DNA of 63,706 bases, counting the filler, from an uncultured Myxococcia bacterium (GTDB taxonomy: Bacteria; CAZTWC01), in the NCBI GenBank assembly GCA_964617105.1. It is 12 parts of 12 records of this genome, joined end to end, with 100 filler letters (N's around TTAATTAATTAA, not from the genome) between each part and the next. Parts side by side here need not be neighbours in the genome. Positions count along the whole stretch, not along the records: positions 16,478 to 21,835 come from CAZTWC010000262.1; positions 21,936 to 27,248 come from CAZTWC010000263.1; 10 more parts are not named here. The stretch is one strand, 5' to 3'. Both the position numbers and the translations under genes were made by a program. This document shows positions 17,752 through 27,348 of the stretch, in pieces. Each line of letters begins with the position of its first letter. Within the stretch, counting starts at the first letter, position 1. Under the pieces are notes generated by a model that had not been told where the DNA came from, ran no database searches, and worked only from the letters and a program-made list of their open reading frames with translations.

Positions 17752-20700
17752 ATGAGACCAAATGGGACGAGAGGCATTTATTTCATTTTATTCACCATAT
17801 TTATTTTTATAAGTGGCTGTGGAGGGGTGAAAACCTCAAAAAGTGATGGCAGTTGCCTGAAAGATCAGGACTGTAAATTAGGGGAGATCTGTCAAGACCA
17901 GCAATGCCGAAAATCTTGCCAGGAGGACAAGGAGTGTGAATCTGGGGAAAAGTGCCTGGAAGGTGGTTGCCAAAAGGTGACACTGTGCCAGAATGACCAG
18001 GATTGTCCGGAGGGCCAGGTGTGCCTGGAAGAGGTGTGCCAAGCAGCCGGTGAAAAGTGTAAAAAAGATCAGGATTGTCAAGAAGGTATGATATGCAAGG
18101 ATGGTGATTGCCAGGAGAGGGAATCATGCCAGAATGACCAGGATTGCCCTGAAGAACAGATTTGCCTGGAGAGCGTCTGCCAGGCGGCCGAAGTTACAAA
18201 ATGTCAGGAAGATAAAGATTGTAAAGATGGACAAAAATGTTTTCAGGAAAAGTGCATGGCCTCTGACTATTGTGAAACCAGAAAGGATTGCCGTGAGGGT
18301 GAGTTATGCGAAAATAACCACTGCACTCGCCAGGGACAGTGTCTAAAGGATGAAGAGTGTGGCCAGGATATGGTTTGCCAACTGCAGCAGTGTTTGCCCA
18401 AAAAGGGTTGCCGGTCCAGCGTGGATTGCCCAGATGGGAAAATTTGTCATCCTTTTGAATTGCGCTGCATCGACAAAAAGGATTGCCAGTCAGATGCCGA
18501 TTGCCTGGAGGGGCAACAGTGTATTGACAGCCAATGTATAGATGTGACCCTTTGTAGGGACAACCGTGATTGTCAGACCGGTGAGATGTGTCAGGAGGGC
18601 AGGTGCCAGGCCGTGCCCCAGTGTAATACCGACAGCGACTGCCAGGAAAATGAACGCTGTGACAATCATGTTTGCCAACCGATTCAATGCCAGGAAGATA
18701 AAGATTGCCGCCAGGGTTGGAAGTGTATGGGGGAGATCTGTCAGCCCCTGGATTACTGTAATGTAGACCAGGAATGTATCGGCCAGGATATGAAGTGCGA
18801 AAATCACGTTTGCCGCAAAGCCGGAGGGTGTAAAACTGATGGGGATTGTCAGGCAGATCAGTATTGTCTGTTCGGAGTATGCCAGCAAAAGGTAAAGCCG
18901 GAATGTTCTCTTGACCAGGATTGCCCAGCCGGCCAGGAGTGTAACCTGGGAAAATGTGTCAAGGCCGCCGAGTGTCTTCAGGATTTGGATTGCCCGGAGT
19001 TTTATAAATGTCAAGTTCAGCGGTGTGTATTTGTGGGCGAGTGCAGTGTAGACAGCGATTGTGACCCGGGTCACCAGTGTGTAGGTTTTCGCTGCCAGTT
19101 TGCCGGAGAGTGCCGTGGCGATTCAGAGTGTAATAAACAAGAGCATTATTGTATCGATTTTAAGTGTGTATTCAAGGGCGAGTGTCAGAGTGATTCTGAT
19201 TGCCAGGAGCAGCACGCCTGCAAAGAGAATAAATGTTCTTTTATTGGTGAATGTAAGAGCGATGCTGATTGCGGCAACAGAGCGCGTTGTTTTCAAAATA
19301 AGTGTATTGCTCTGGCTGAGTGCGAAAAAGATACCCAATGTCCAGCGGGAAAACGTTGTGAGATATTAACTTTGAAGTGTGTGGATATCTCTACCTGCAA
19401 ATCTGATCAAGATTGCCGTAGTGGAGAGTTCTGTCTGGGCGGAATTTGTCAACAGGTAATATTTTGCCACGGAGACCAGGATTGTCCGGCTGGAACTCAT
19501 TGCGAGATAGGTGGCCAGTGCCGGCCAGTACCCAAGTGTAGTGACGATAAAGACTGTAAAAGCGGGGAACGTTGCGATCACGGAAAATGTCAGCCATTCC
19601 GGTGCCAGGGCGACAGCGATTGTGATGCTAATTGGCAGTGTGTAAATCAAGTGTGTTTTCCACCTCTGGTTTGTTCTGAGGATAAGCATTGCACCAGGTT
19701 AGGATTGCAGTGTATAAATCGGATTTGTCAGAAACCGGGCGGCTGCCAGAGCGACAATGAGTGTCCAGCCGGTCACGTCTGTATAAACGGTAATTGTATC
19801 AATTTACCACCTGCCAATTGCAAACAGGATTCAGATTGCCCGTTAAGACAGCATTGTAACCTGGGTTACTGCCAACTAAAACCCCAGTGCCAGACAAGTT
19901 CTGACTGTTTGCGGGGTTATTTTTGCCAACAGGGAGTGTGTAAAATTTTGCAGAGATGTTTTTCAGATCTTCACTGCCAGGTGGGTGAGCAGTGCGTGTA
20001 TGGGAACTGCGAAAAATATCAGGAGTGCCGCGGCGATCAGGATTGCCAGACCGGTTACAGTTGCAAAGATAGTAAATGTGTAGCCAATCCAGCCTGCCAG
20101 GCAGATGCAGACTGTCAAAAATTCTATTACTGTCACAATAACCTCTGCGCCTACAAAGGTGAGTGCCAGCAGGACAGTGACTGTGCAACCGGCTTTCAAT
20201 GTTTCAACTTGCTATGCAAGCCGTCTCCCGGCTGTCAAAAAGATATGGACTGCCCAACCGAAGAATTGTGTGATCTGATTACTCACAACTGTATCAAGAA
20301 GATTGAGTGCCACCGGGACACCGATTGCCAGATGGGCTCCTGGTGTGTTGACCAGAAATGTGTCAAGGGCCTGCTTTGTCGAACTGATGCCGATTGTCCC
20401 AACAACAACTATTGTAATGGTGAGATTTGCCACGCTCTGCCAGAATGCCGCACCAGTTTGGAGTGCGCTGCGGATCAGCGCTGCGATCGTGGTTTTTGCC
20501 AACCTCAAAAGTGTAGTAAAACCGAAGAGTGCAATAATTGGTGGGATTGCATTGATATGCGTTGTGTTCCCAAGATTATTTGCCGTTTAGACAGTGACTG
20601 TAAAAATTGGGGTGGCAAGTGTATAGAACATAACTGCCAGGATCCTTTTGGTTGTAAGAGTAATACCGAGTGCCTTATTAACAAATCCTGCGTGCGGGGG

Positions 20701-21777
20701 GTTTGTTCTCCTCTGCCCAGGCCCAATTGCCTGACTGATGATGATTGCTCCTCCAATTTAATCTGCAATTTTAGAGCCTGCGTACCCAAACCTGAATGTA
20801 TTATGGACTTGGATTGCGTCAGAGGCTACCGCTGCAAGGCGGATCACTGTATCAAGAGTGAGTTTTGCACCACTGATCTCCACTGCCCGGTGGAGGAGAA
20901 GTGTGTAGGCGGCAGTTGCCTGAAAGGCGGGTGCAGTAAAGATGAAGATTGTGGCCCCACCGGCATCTACAAGTGTGATAACACCAAATGTGTTTTTAAT
21001 GGGGAGTGCAAGGAGAACAGTGAGTGTCAGCCAGAGTATGAGTGCCAGAATTTTAGTTGTATCAAGAAACAAGAGTGCATCAAAGATTCTGATTGCCCAA
21101 CTGGACAAAAATGCGATTTTCTTCTGGCCCAATGTCTACCAGAGATGTACTGCCGCCGGGACGCCGATTGTCCAGTTAAGAATATTTGCCTCAAGAACCA
21201 GTGCCAGAAAATAGCAGGATGCCGGCAACACAGCGATTGCCCGCCCAAAACCATGTGTAACAACCAAATATGTGTGCCCAAGCCGGAGTGCAAGTTCGAT
21301 AGCGACTGTCAGGCCAATCATCGTTGTGAATACGGGTTTTGCCAGCCCTTTTTCTGCAAGTCGACTATCGAATGTCAGCGGGATTGGGAGTGTATCAGCG
21401 GTACCTGTTATCCCGATCTGATTTGCCAAAGCGATTTAGAGTGTATGCGTTGGGGATTGAAGTGTGTATCGCGGGTTTGTCAGAATCCCGGCGGCTGCCA
21501 GAGCGATTCTGAGTGCCCGCCTACCCAGGTGTGCTTCAAAGGGTTGTGTATTAACGGCCAAACCCCCAAGTGTCAGTTGGATAAAGATTGCCGGGCTGGT
21601 TACGAATGCAACCTGGGGAGTTGTGAACCCGCCACCAGGTGTAAAATAAACTCCGATTGTCCCAGCGGACAGATCTGCCTAAACGGCCGCTGCGTAGCCG
21701 GAGTGGAGTGCACGGATAATTCCCATTGTGGGGTGGCTGGGCAGATATGTAAGGACTGGCTCTGTGTAGCCGAATAA
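17752..21777 (+). CDS. Giant cysteine-rich repeat lipoprotein (1341 aa)
   Basis: GGGAGG RBS and lipobox FISGC. The rest is tandem ~23-aa four-Cys modules C-x2-D-x-D-C-x5-C-x4-C. Confidence 0.92.
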   Translation: MRPNGTRGIYFILFTIFIFISGCGGVKTSKSDGSCLKDQDCKLGEICQDQQCRKSCQEDKECESGEKCLEGGCQKVTLCQNDQDCPEGQVCLEEVCQAAGEKCKKDQDCQEGMICKDGDCQERESCQNDQDCPEEQICLESVCQAAEVTKCQEDKDCKDGQKCFQEKCMASDYCETRKDCREGELCENNHCTRQGQCLKDEECGQDMVCQLQQCLPKKGCRSSVDCPDGKICHPFELRCIDKKDCQSDADCLEGQQCIDSQCIDVTLCRDNRDCQTGEMCQEGRCQAVPQCNTDSDCQENERCDNHVCQPIQCQEDKDCRQGWKCMGEICQPLDYCNVDQECIGQDMKCENHVCRKAGGCKTDGDCQADQYCLFGVCQQKVKPECSLDQDCPAGQECNLGKCVKAAECLQDLDCPEFYKCQVQRCVFVGECSVDSDCDPGHQCVGFRCQFAGECRGDSECNKQEHYCIDFKCVFKGECQSDSDCQEQHACKENKCSFIGECKSDADCGNRARCFQNKCIALAECEKDTQCPAGKRCEILTLKCVDISTCKSDQDCRSGEFCLGGICQQVIFCHGDQDCPAGTHCEIGGQCRPVPKCSDDKDCKSGERCDHGKCQPFRCQGDSDCDANWQCVNQVCFPPLVCSEDKHCTRLGLQCINRICQKPGGCQSDNECPAGHVCINGNCINLPPANCKQDSDCPLRQHCNLGYCQLKPQCQTSSDCLRGYFCQQGVCKILQRCFSDLHCQVGEQCVYGNCEKYQECRGDQDCQTGYSCKDSKCVANPACQADADCQKFYYCHNNLCAYKGECQQDSDCATGFQCFNLLCKPSPGCQKDMDCPTEELCDLITHNCIKKIECHRDTDCQMGSWCVDQKCVKGLLCRTDADCPNNNYCNGEICHALPECRTSLECAADQRCDRGFCQPQKCSKTEECNNWWDCIDMRCVPKIICRLDSDCKNWGGKCIEHNCQDPFGCKSNTECLINKSCVRGVCSPLPRPNCLTDDDCSSNLICNFRACVPKPECIMDLDCVRGYRCKADHCIKSEFCTTDLHCPVEEKCVGGSCLKGGCSKDEDCGPTGIYKCDNTKCVFNGECKENSECQPEYECQNFSCIKKQECIKDSDCPTGQKCDFLLAQCLPEMYCRRDADCPVKNICLKNQCQKIAGCRQHSDCPPKTMCNNQICVPKPECKFDSDCQANHRCEYGFCQPFFCKSTIECQRDWECISGTCYPDLICQSDLECMRWGLKCVSRVCQNPGGCQSDSECPPTQVCFKGLCINGQTPKCQLDKDCRAGYECNLGSCEPATRCKINSDCPSGQICLNGRCVAGVECTDNSHCGVAGQICKDWLCVAE

Positions 21778-21792
21778 GTCGGGCGACGATTG

Positions 21793-21835
21793 CGGCGCAT
21801 CTGCGTTGTTGCCCAAAACTATTTAATCCTCGACG
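21793..21835 (+). repeat. Truncated copy of a dispersed palindromic REP/MITE-like element
   Basis: CGGCGCATCT..CGTTGTTGCC-N12-ATCCTCGACG matches the reverse complement of the element at 39387-39509. The contig breaks inside it. Confidence 0.7.
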
Positions 21836-21935
21836 NNNNNNNNNNNNNNNNNNNNNNNNNNNNNNNNNNNNNNNNNNNNTTAATTAATTAANNNNNNNNN
21901 NNNNNNNNNNNNNNNNNNNNNNNNNNNNNNNNNNN

Positions 21936-22241
21936 GATATCGTGGAGCGCCAGTAATAAACGAAAAAATCTTTTGTCTATTAGTCCAGGAAGAGGGGTGT
22001 CGTGGTAATAATGCTCAAATTGATTCAGAACTAGCTGAGTATGCTGTTTCAAAGTGTATCCCTGGCATACACCAACATCCTGAGCAAAATAATGGCAGAA
22101 GTTTTTTTCCAGTAATTGGATTAACTTTTCTGATTTATATAAAGGATCATTAAAGGTGGTTTCCAATTGGTTACGGTTGAAGGCCAAGTCTATATCCATG
22201 GTTTGGGTTTCAATATCTGTGGAGGTTAAATACAAACTCAT
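21936..22241 (-). CDS. HD-domain-like protein (3'-partial)
   Basis: YTLKQHTQLV...LLLALHDI (H...HD). ATGA overlap with the Nif3 gene stop. Confidence 0.65.
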
Positions 22242-22993
22242 AATCCTGTAGGTAGGTGAAGAAAAACAGTTTCCAATTTGAATCGTTCTTGCAAAAGGCG
22301 CCCCAGGGCTTTTACCCCAAAAATTTCGGTGGCATAATGACCGCAGTAGATAACATTGACTCCCACCTCTGCCCCCAGGGTGGCATAAGAATGGGATGGT
22401 TCGCCAGTAAGAAATAGATCCAGGCCCGATAAGGCGGCTTCCTCCACCATTTCAGCGGCTCCGCCAGAAATTATTCCCAGGGTTTTCACCGGTGACGGAC
22501 CAGAGTGTTCCACCTTTAGAGGTTGGCCGGTTATCTTGCTAATTTCCTTTACAATCTGGGACATAGATAGAGGGTTGGGCAATTGACCCTGGCAGCCAAT
22601 GGTCTGTCCGTGATATGTGCCGAAATCAATGATTTTTTCCAGATGTAGAAGGTTGGCAATTTGGCGGTTGTTTCCCACTTCCGGATGGGCATCAAGGGGC
22701 AAATGGGCGGCGTAAACGGCTATATCGCTATGGATTAAGGCCTTTACCCTAGAGTACAGATAACTGGTTAAAGAGCGGGTAGGTTGCCAAAACAGGCCGT
22801 GATGACAAAGCAGCATATCTCCCCTGGCCTCAATGGCAGCGTTAATGGTGTCCAGGGATGAATCTACCGCCAGGCAGATTCGATTAATCTCTTTATTGCT
22901 CCTTTCAACCTGGAGCCCATTGAGAGAGGAGTCCTTAAAGTAAGATATTCCTAAAAATGTATCTAAAAATTTTACCAGTTCTTTTAGTTTCAT
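22238..22993 (-). CDS. Nif3-like dinuclear metal centre protein (YbgI/DUF34)
   Basis: DSSLNGLQVE, CHHGLFW, HLPLDAHPEVGNN, LTGEPSH, GHYATE. Confidence 0.95.
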   Translation of the reverse strand: MKLKELVKFLDTFLGISYFKDSSLNGLQVERSNKEINRICLAVDSSLDTINAAIEARGDMLLCHHGLFWQPTRSLTSYLYSRVKALIHSDIAVYAAHLPLDAHPEVGNNRQIANLLHLEKIIDFGTYHGQTIGCQGQLPNPLSMSQIVKEISKITGQPLKVEHSGPSPVKTLGIISGGAAEMVEEAALSGLDLFLTGEPSHSYATLGAEVGVNVIYCGHYATEIFGVKALGRLLQERFKLETVFLHLPTGL

Positions 22994-23000
22994 TGGTGTA

Positions 23001-24188
23001 TTACTTATTCAAAATATCATTAAACAAATTTTCCCACTCCTGGTTAGGGATATAACCTACCACCTTTTCCTTACCATTGATTATATAGGTGGGAGTCCCT
23101 CTTAAATTATGCCGGCGTCCGATCTCTATATCTTGCACCACTTCATCTTTAATGCTTTTATCCTGCAGGCATTTTTTTAATTTTTCCAGATCCAATCCCG
23201 CTTTTTGGGCATAATACAGTAAGTCGTTATTTTCCAGCCGTTTATTATTGGCAAATATCTCCTTTTCCATTTGCCAATATTTGTTTTGCCGCAGGGCGCA
23301 GCGGGCATAGTAGGCCGCCTGGCAAGCATAAGGGTGAAATGCCTTTTTGATAGTAGGGTTGCAATTGTGGTCCAGAGGATAATCGTAATGCTTAAGCCGA
23401 ACTTTTCCTGCATATTTTGGCAAAAGTTGCATCAGTTGGCTGTGAGCCTTAGCGCAAAAGGGACATTGAAAATCGGTAAATTCCTGGATTATTATCGGTG
23501 CGGTTTTTTTACCCAGGGCATTACCGTCAACGTAAAACCCTTTCCAAAAAGATTTTTCAAAAATTGCCTCATTACTGTGGTTTTCAGCGTCAGACAGGAT
23601 AGGGAAAATAAAAAACTGGGCTATCAAAAACAGGGTCACCAGGCCCAGAGAAACAGTTGGTTTTATGGAGGTCTGGAAAAAGGAGGTCCCATCCTGAAAA
23701 CCTCTTGACAATAGTTGCTTAACCTTAAACTTATTTTTAAACAGGATAGCAATGAAGGTGGAGATATTAACCAGGTGAACGATTCCGCAAACCAGGCAGA
23801 CTGCTTTTATCTTGGCCAGGGAGATATAGAGTAGAAGAGCAAAGATAAGAATAGACATGCCGGTCATAACCAGAATCACCGGTTCCCACTCCTTAAAGCG
23901 CCAGATTCTAAATGCGGAAAGCAGCATGATTAAAAGGCCGGCCAGGAAATATTCCATGCCGTAAAGGGAGAGGGGCAAACCCAGGAATTTGGCATAACGG
24001 CTGGCGGCAACAGTGGTGCAGTTTATGCTGTTGGTTACATTGCAAAAACTATCGTAAGCCTGGCCAGAGCATACCATCCAATCCAGGTATTGCAGATAGA
24101 TACTGGCCGCCAATCCTGTGATAAAGAGAGCCATCAGAATCAAGGTATAAAGTGGCGCTTTGGGAGGTAGTAATTTCCATAATTTCAT
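23001..24188 (-). CDS. VKOR-DsbA fusion thiol-disulfide oxidoreductase
   Basis: VKOR loop Cys pair FCNVTNSINCTTVAAS, TM helices and CLVC. DsbA domain FTDFQCPFC and cis-Pro GTPT. Confidence 0.92.
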   Translation of the reverse strand: MKLWKLLPPKAPLYTLILMALFITGLAASIYLQYLDWMVCSGQAYDSFCNVTNSINCTTVAASRYAKFLGLPLSLYGMEYFLAGLLIMLLSAFRIWRFKEWEPVILVMTGMSILIFALLLYISLAKIKAVCLVCGIVHLVNISTFIAILFKNKFKVKQLLSRGFQDGTSFFQTSIKPTVSLGLVTLFLIAQFFIFPILSDAENHSNEAIFEKSFWKGFYVDGNALGKKTAPIIIQEFTDFQCPFCAKAHSQLMQLLPKYAGKVRLKHYDYPLDHNCNPTIKKAFHPYACQAAYYARCALRQNKYWQMEKEIFANNKRLENNDLLYYAQKAGLDLEKLKKCLQDKSIKDEVVQDIEIGRRHNLRGTPTYIINGKEKVVGYIPNQEWENLFNDILNK

Positions 24189-24330
24189 ATTTGATTTTCT
24201 CTTTAATGTTGGTTACTATCCATGAATCTTTTATAATTACCTTTTTTTAGGCTTATTTTCAACCCTAATTCTATCAGAGGCTTTCGACTTCTACTCTATT
24301 GACTGTGCGGGGTGGGTCTTTCGAATTGGG

Positions 24331-24359
24331 TTGAAAGATCAGCCAATAAATGATATAAT
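24331..24359 (+). promoter_or_regulatory. Putative sigma70 promoter
   Basis: TTGAAA-N17-TATAAT with an extended -10 TG, about 40 nt upstream of the radical SAM gene. Confidence 0.6.
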
Positions 24360-24401
24360 AACAGGCTATAGAAATAACGTCAGAAAGGGTGGGGATAAGA
24401 G

Positions 24402-25894
24402 ATGATCGGCAATTTTCTGCAAAATATACACTTTAATGGAAAGAATTACAATGGAAATAATGGCGACAAAGGCAAAATAAGTTATCGATTTGCCGAACAA
24501 TTAGGCCTGTCTATATATCATCGGGCAGTAAAAACCGGTCTTAGTGTTGGGGTAGATGCCCTGGTGCGATTACCTGACGAAGTGTTTTCTAAGTTGTTAT
24601 ATAAACAGTTAAAAAATTTGCGTTATCAGGAAAGTACCAAATTTATGATGAAATTGGCCAGGGAACTAAAAAGAAGATATAGCCAGTTTCATCCCAATGT
24701 CCGCCGCCGTTTTGTAGAGAATTTATTTGGCAACGAAATGTTGCTCAGTGATAAGAAACATCAGCGGGTGGCCGATAAACTTGGCGATTGGCCGGTGACT
24801 ATGGTTGTCAGCCCTACTATGCGCTGCAATCTCACCTGCGAAGGTTGTTACTCAGCTCATTATCACCGGAAAGATGGCATGGATACTGAAACGTTTGACC
24901 GGGTTCTTACCCAGGCAAAGGAGATGGGCATCTATTTTGTGGTTATTTCTGGAGGAGAACCTTTTATCCGCAAAGACCTGCTGGAGATATTCCGCCGCCA
25001 TCAAGACATGCTTTTTATGACCTATACCAACGGCATTATAATACACGACCGGAACCTGGCGCCCAGGTTGGCTGAATTGGGAAATGTGCTTCCTACTATC
25101 TCGGTGGAAGGATTTGAAGATGAGACTAATAAGCGGCGTGGAAAAGGGGTGTATAACAAGGTAATAGGCGCCATGAATCAGTTGCGTGACCACGGAGTTA
25201 TTTTTGGCTTTTCTGCCACCCCCATGCGGCACAACAGCGATCTTTTAGTAACCGATGAGTTTGTGGAGTTCTATGAGAAATTGGGGGCATTTTTTGGCTG
25301 GTATTTTTCCTATATGCCAGTGGGTAGAAATCCTGATTTGAGTTTAATGCCCACGGTGGAACAGCGGTTGCGCCGCTATTCCCGGATAAGAGAGTTGCGG
25401 GAAAAATACCGTGTTGTTATGGCGGATTTTTGGTGTGACGGTGGTCTCTCTGGAGGCTGTCTTTTCATGTAAATTCCCAGGGCGGTGTAGAACCCTGTGT
25501 GTTTCACCAGTTTTGGGTGGATAAGATTCAGGACAAATCCCTTTTGGAGGCCATAGATTCTCCCTATTTCCGTTTTTTAAGGGAGAAGTTGGCACAGAAA
25601 GATAATCCATTGACGCCCTGCCCTATTATAGATCATCCTGAGATTCTGCAAGAGGCTTATAAACATTTCCAGCCCAATGCCAGCAATGAGGGGGCGGAAA
25701 CCATTGTGACAGAACTCTGCCAGGGATTGAATCACTACTCCTGCAAAGTAAAAAAGGCTTTTGATCCGATTTGGGAGCAGGAAAAAACCGATAACTACTG
25801 GCACTGGCGTCAGAAAATGGGACCAAAAGAGGGGCTTCACCAGGAAAAAACAGGAAAAATCATCGATTTTCTACGAAGAAAAGCCAATTTCTGA
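24402..25894 (+). pseudogene. Radical SAM/SPASM protein interrupted by a frameshifting deletion at ~25463 (pseudogene or assembly error)
   Basis: CNLTCEGC, SGGEPF, YTNG. The frame ends DFWCDGGLSGGCL and continues in another frame as FHVNSQGGVEPCVFHQF...PCPIIDHP. The usual xGGRxY linker is missing. Confidence 0.8.
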
Positions 25895-25949
25895 TCGATT
25901 GCGACTTTACCCTAAAAAAATAGATACCTGGCTACAGGTTAGGTTCTAA

Positions 25950-27248
25950 GTGAATAAAGTAAATACTAAATATCAAATTCTTCTGCCCTATTTAATCAAG
26001 TATTTCCCCAGTTTTTCAATAGGATTAGTATTTCTGCTGCTTACCAATGCTATTGGTCTATATATCCCCAGTCAACTGGAAAAGGCGGTTGACTTAATTT
26101 CACAATCTAAAGATTCGGTAATCTCACCAATAGAGGGGGTTTTGCTGAATATTCTGTTGGCTGCCATTATATTGGCCCTGGTCAGGACCTTATCCCGATT
26201 GTTTATCTTTTACGCGGCCCGCAATATTGAATACGACTTGCGCCGGGATCTCTTTTCTCACCTGCTGGAAGTAGATATGAAGTTTCATCATCAAAAAGGG
26301 GTGGGTGATATGATGAGCCGGTTTACTAATGACCTGGGTCAAGTGAGGCTCCTTTTGGGGCCTGGACTGCTGAATATGATCAATTCCGGAGTGGTTTTTT
26401 TAGGGGCGTTATCACTAATGTTCTGGCAGTCACCCCGTCTGTTAGCCTATTCGCTTTTACCCTATTTACCGGCTATTATTCTCATTCGCTGGGTCTCGCT
26501 GCAACTCTACCGGCGCAACCTGGCGGTGGTAACTTTTTTAGGAAAGATGAATGACTTTTTGCAACAAGTTTTAACCAGTTTGTTTGTTGTTCACAGTTAT
26601 GTCCGTGAACCCAATTTTTACAGACAGTTTAACCAATTATCCTTTGAACTGTTCCATAAAAATATGGCTCTGGCCAGGCTCCGACTTTTTTTCTTTCCAT
26701 TAATGGTTTCAGTAACCGGCTTTGGGATGGCCATGATCCTATGGAAGGGCGGGGCTTTGGTTGCCAACGGAGAAATGAGCATGGGCGGATATGTTCGCTT
26801 TACCTCCTATTACGCTATGCTAGCCTGGCCTACAGTGGCCTTTGGCTGGGTGTTGTCAATATGGCAGCGTGGTTTGGCTGGACTTAGTCGCCTTAATGAG
26901 GTTTTTAAAGTCCCTTCTGAAGAGAGATTCAATATCAATAACAGTCAATTCAAAACTGCTCAGAAAACCGATTTGACTACAGGTTTATCAGCACCTTCTT
27001 CACTGGAAAATGTGGATATTGCTCTCCAGGATCTAAAACTTTTTAGTTATAGCAAACCAATAAACGCCACTATTCAATCCGGTAAAACAGTAGTTATTGT
27101 GGGCCCCACCGGCGGAGGCAAGACCTGGCTGCTGGAGAGCATTATGCTTTTGACTCCCTATCATTCCGGTCAGATAAAAATAAACAGCAGAGATTGTTCC
27201 CAAATGTCGCCCAAAGCGGTGAGGGATTTTTTTGCTTATGTACCTCAG
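25950..27248 (+). CDS. ABC exporter permease/ATPase fusion, MdlA/MsbA-like (3'-partial)
   Basis: ABC-membrane domain (RNIEYDLRRDLFSHL, GDMMSRFTND), Walker A GPTGGGKT, Q-loop AYVPQ. Confidence 0.92.
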
Positions 27249-27348
27249 NNNNNNNNNNNNNNNNNNNNNNNNNNNNNNNNNNNNNNNNNNNNTTAATTAA
27301 TTAANNNNNNNNNNNNNNNNNNNNNNNNNNNNNNNNNNNNNNNNNNNN

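Noticed and set aside
17752-21777. CRISPR array or DNA tandem repeat
   Set aside because: The periodicity is at the protein level (Cys codons). There are no identical DNA repeats with unique spacers.
25455-25500. Programmed frameshift or selenocysteine recoding in the radical SAM gene
   Set aside because: The stop is TAA, there is no slippery heptamer, and conserved residues are missing, which indicates a deletion.
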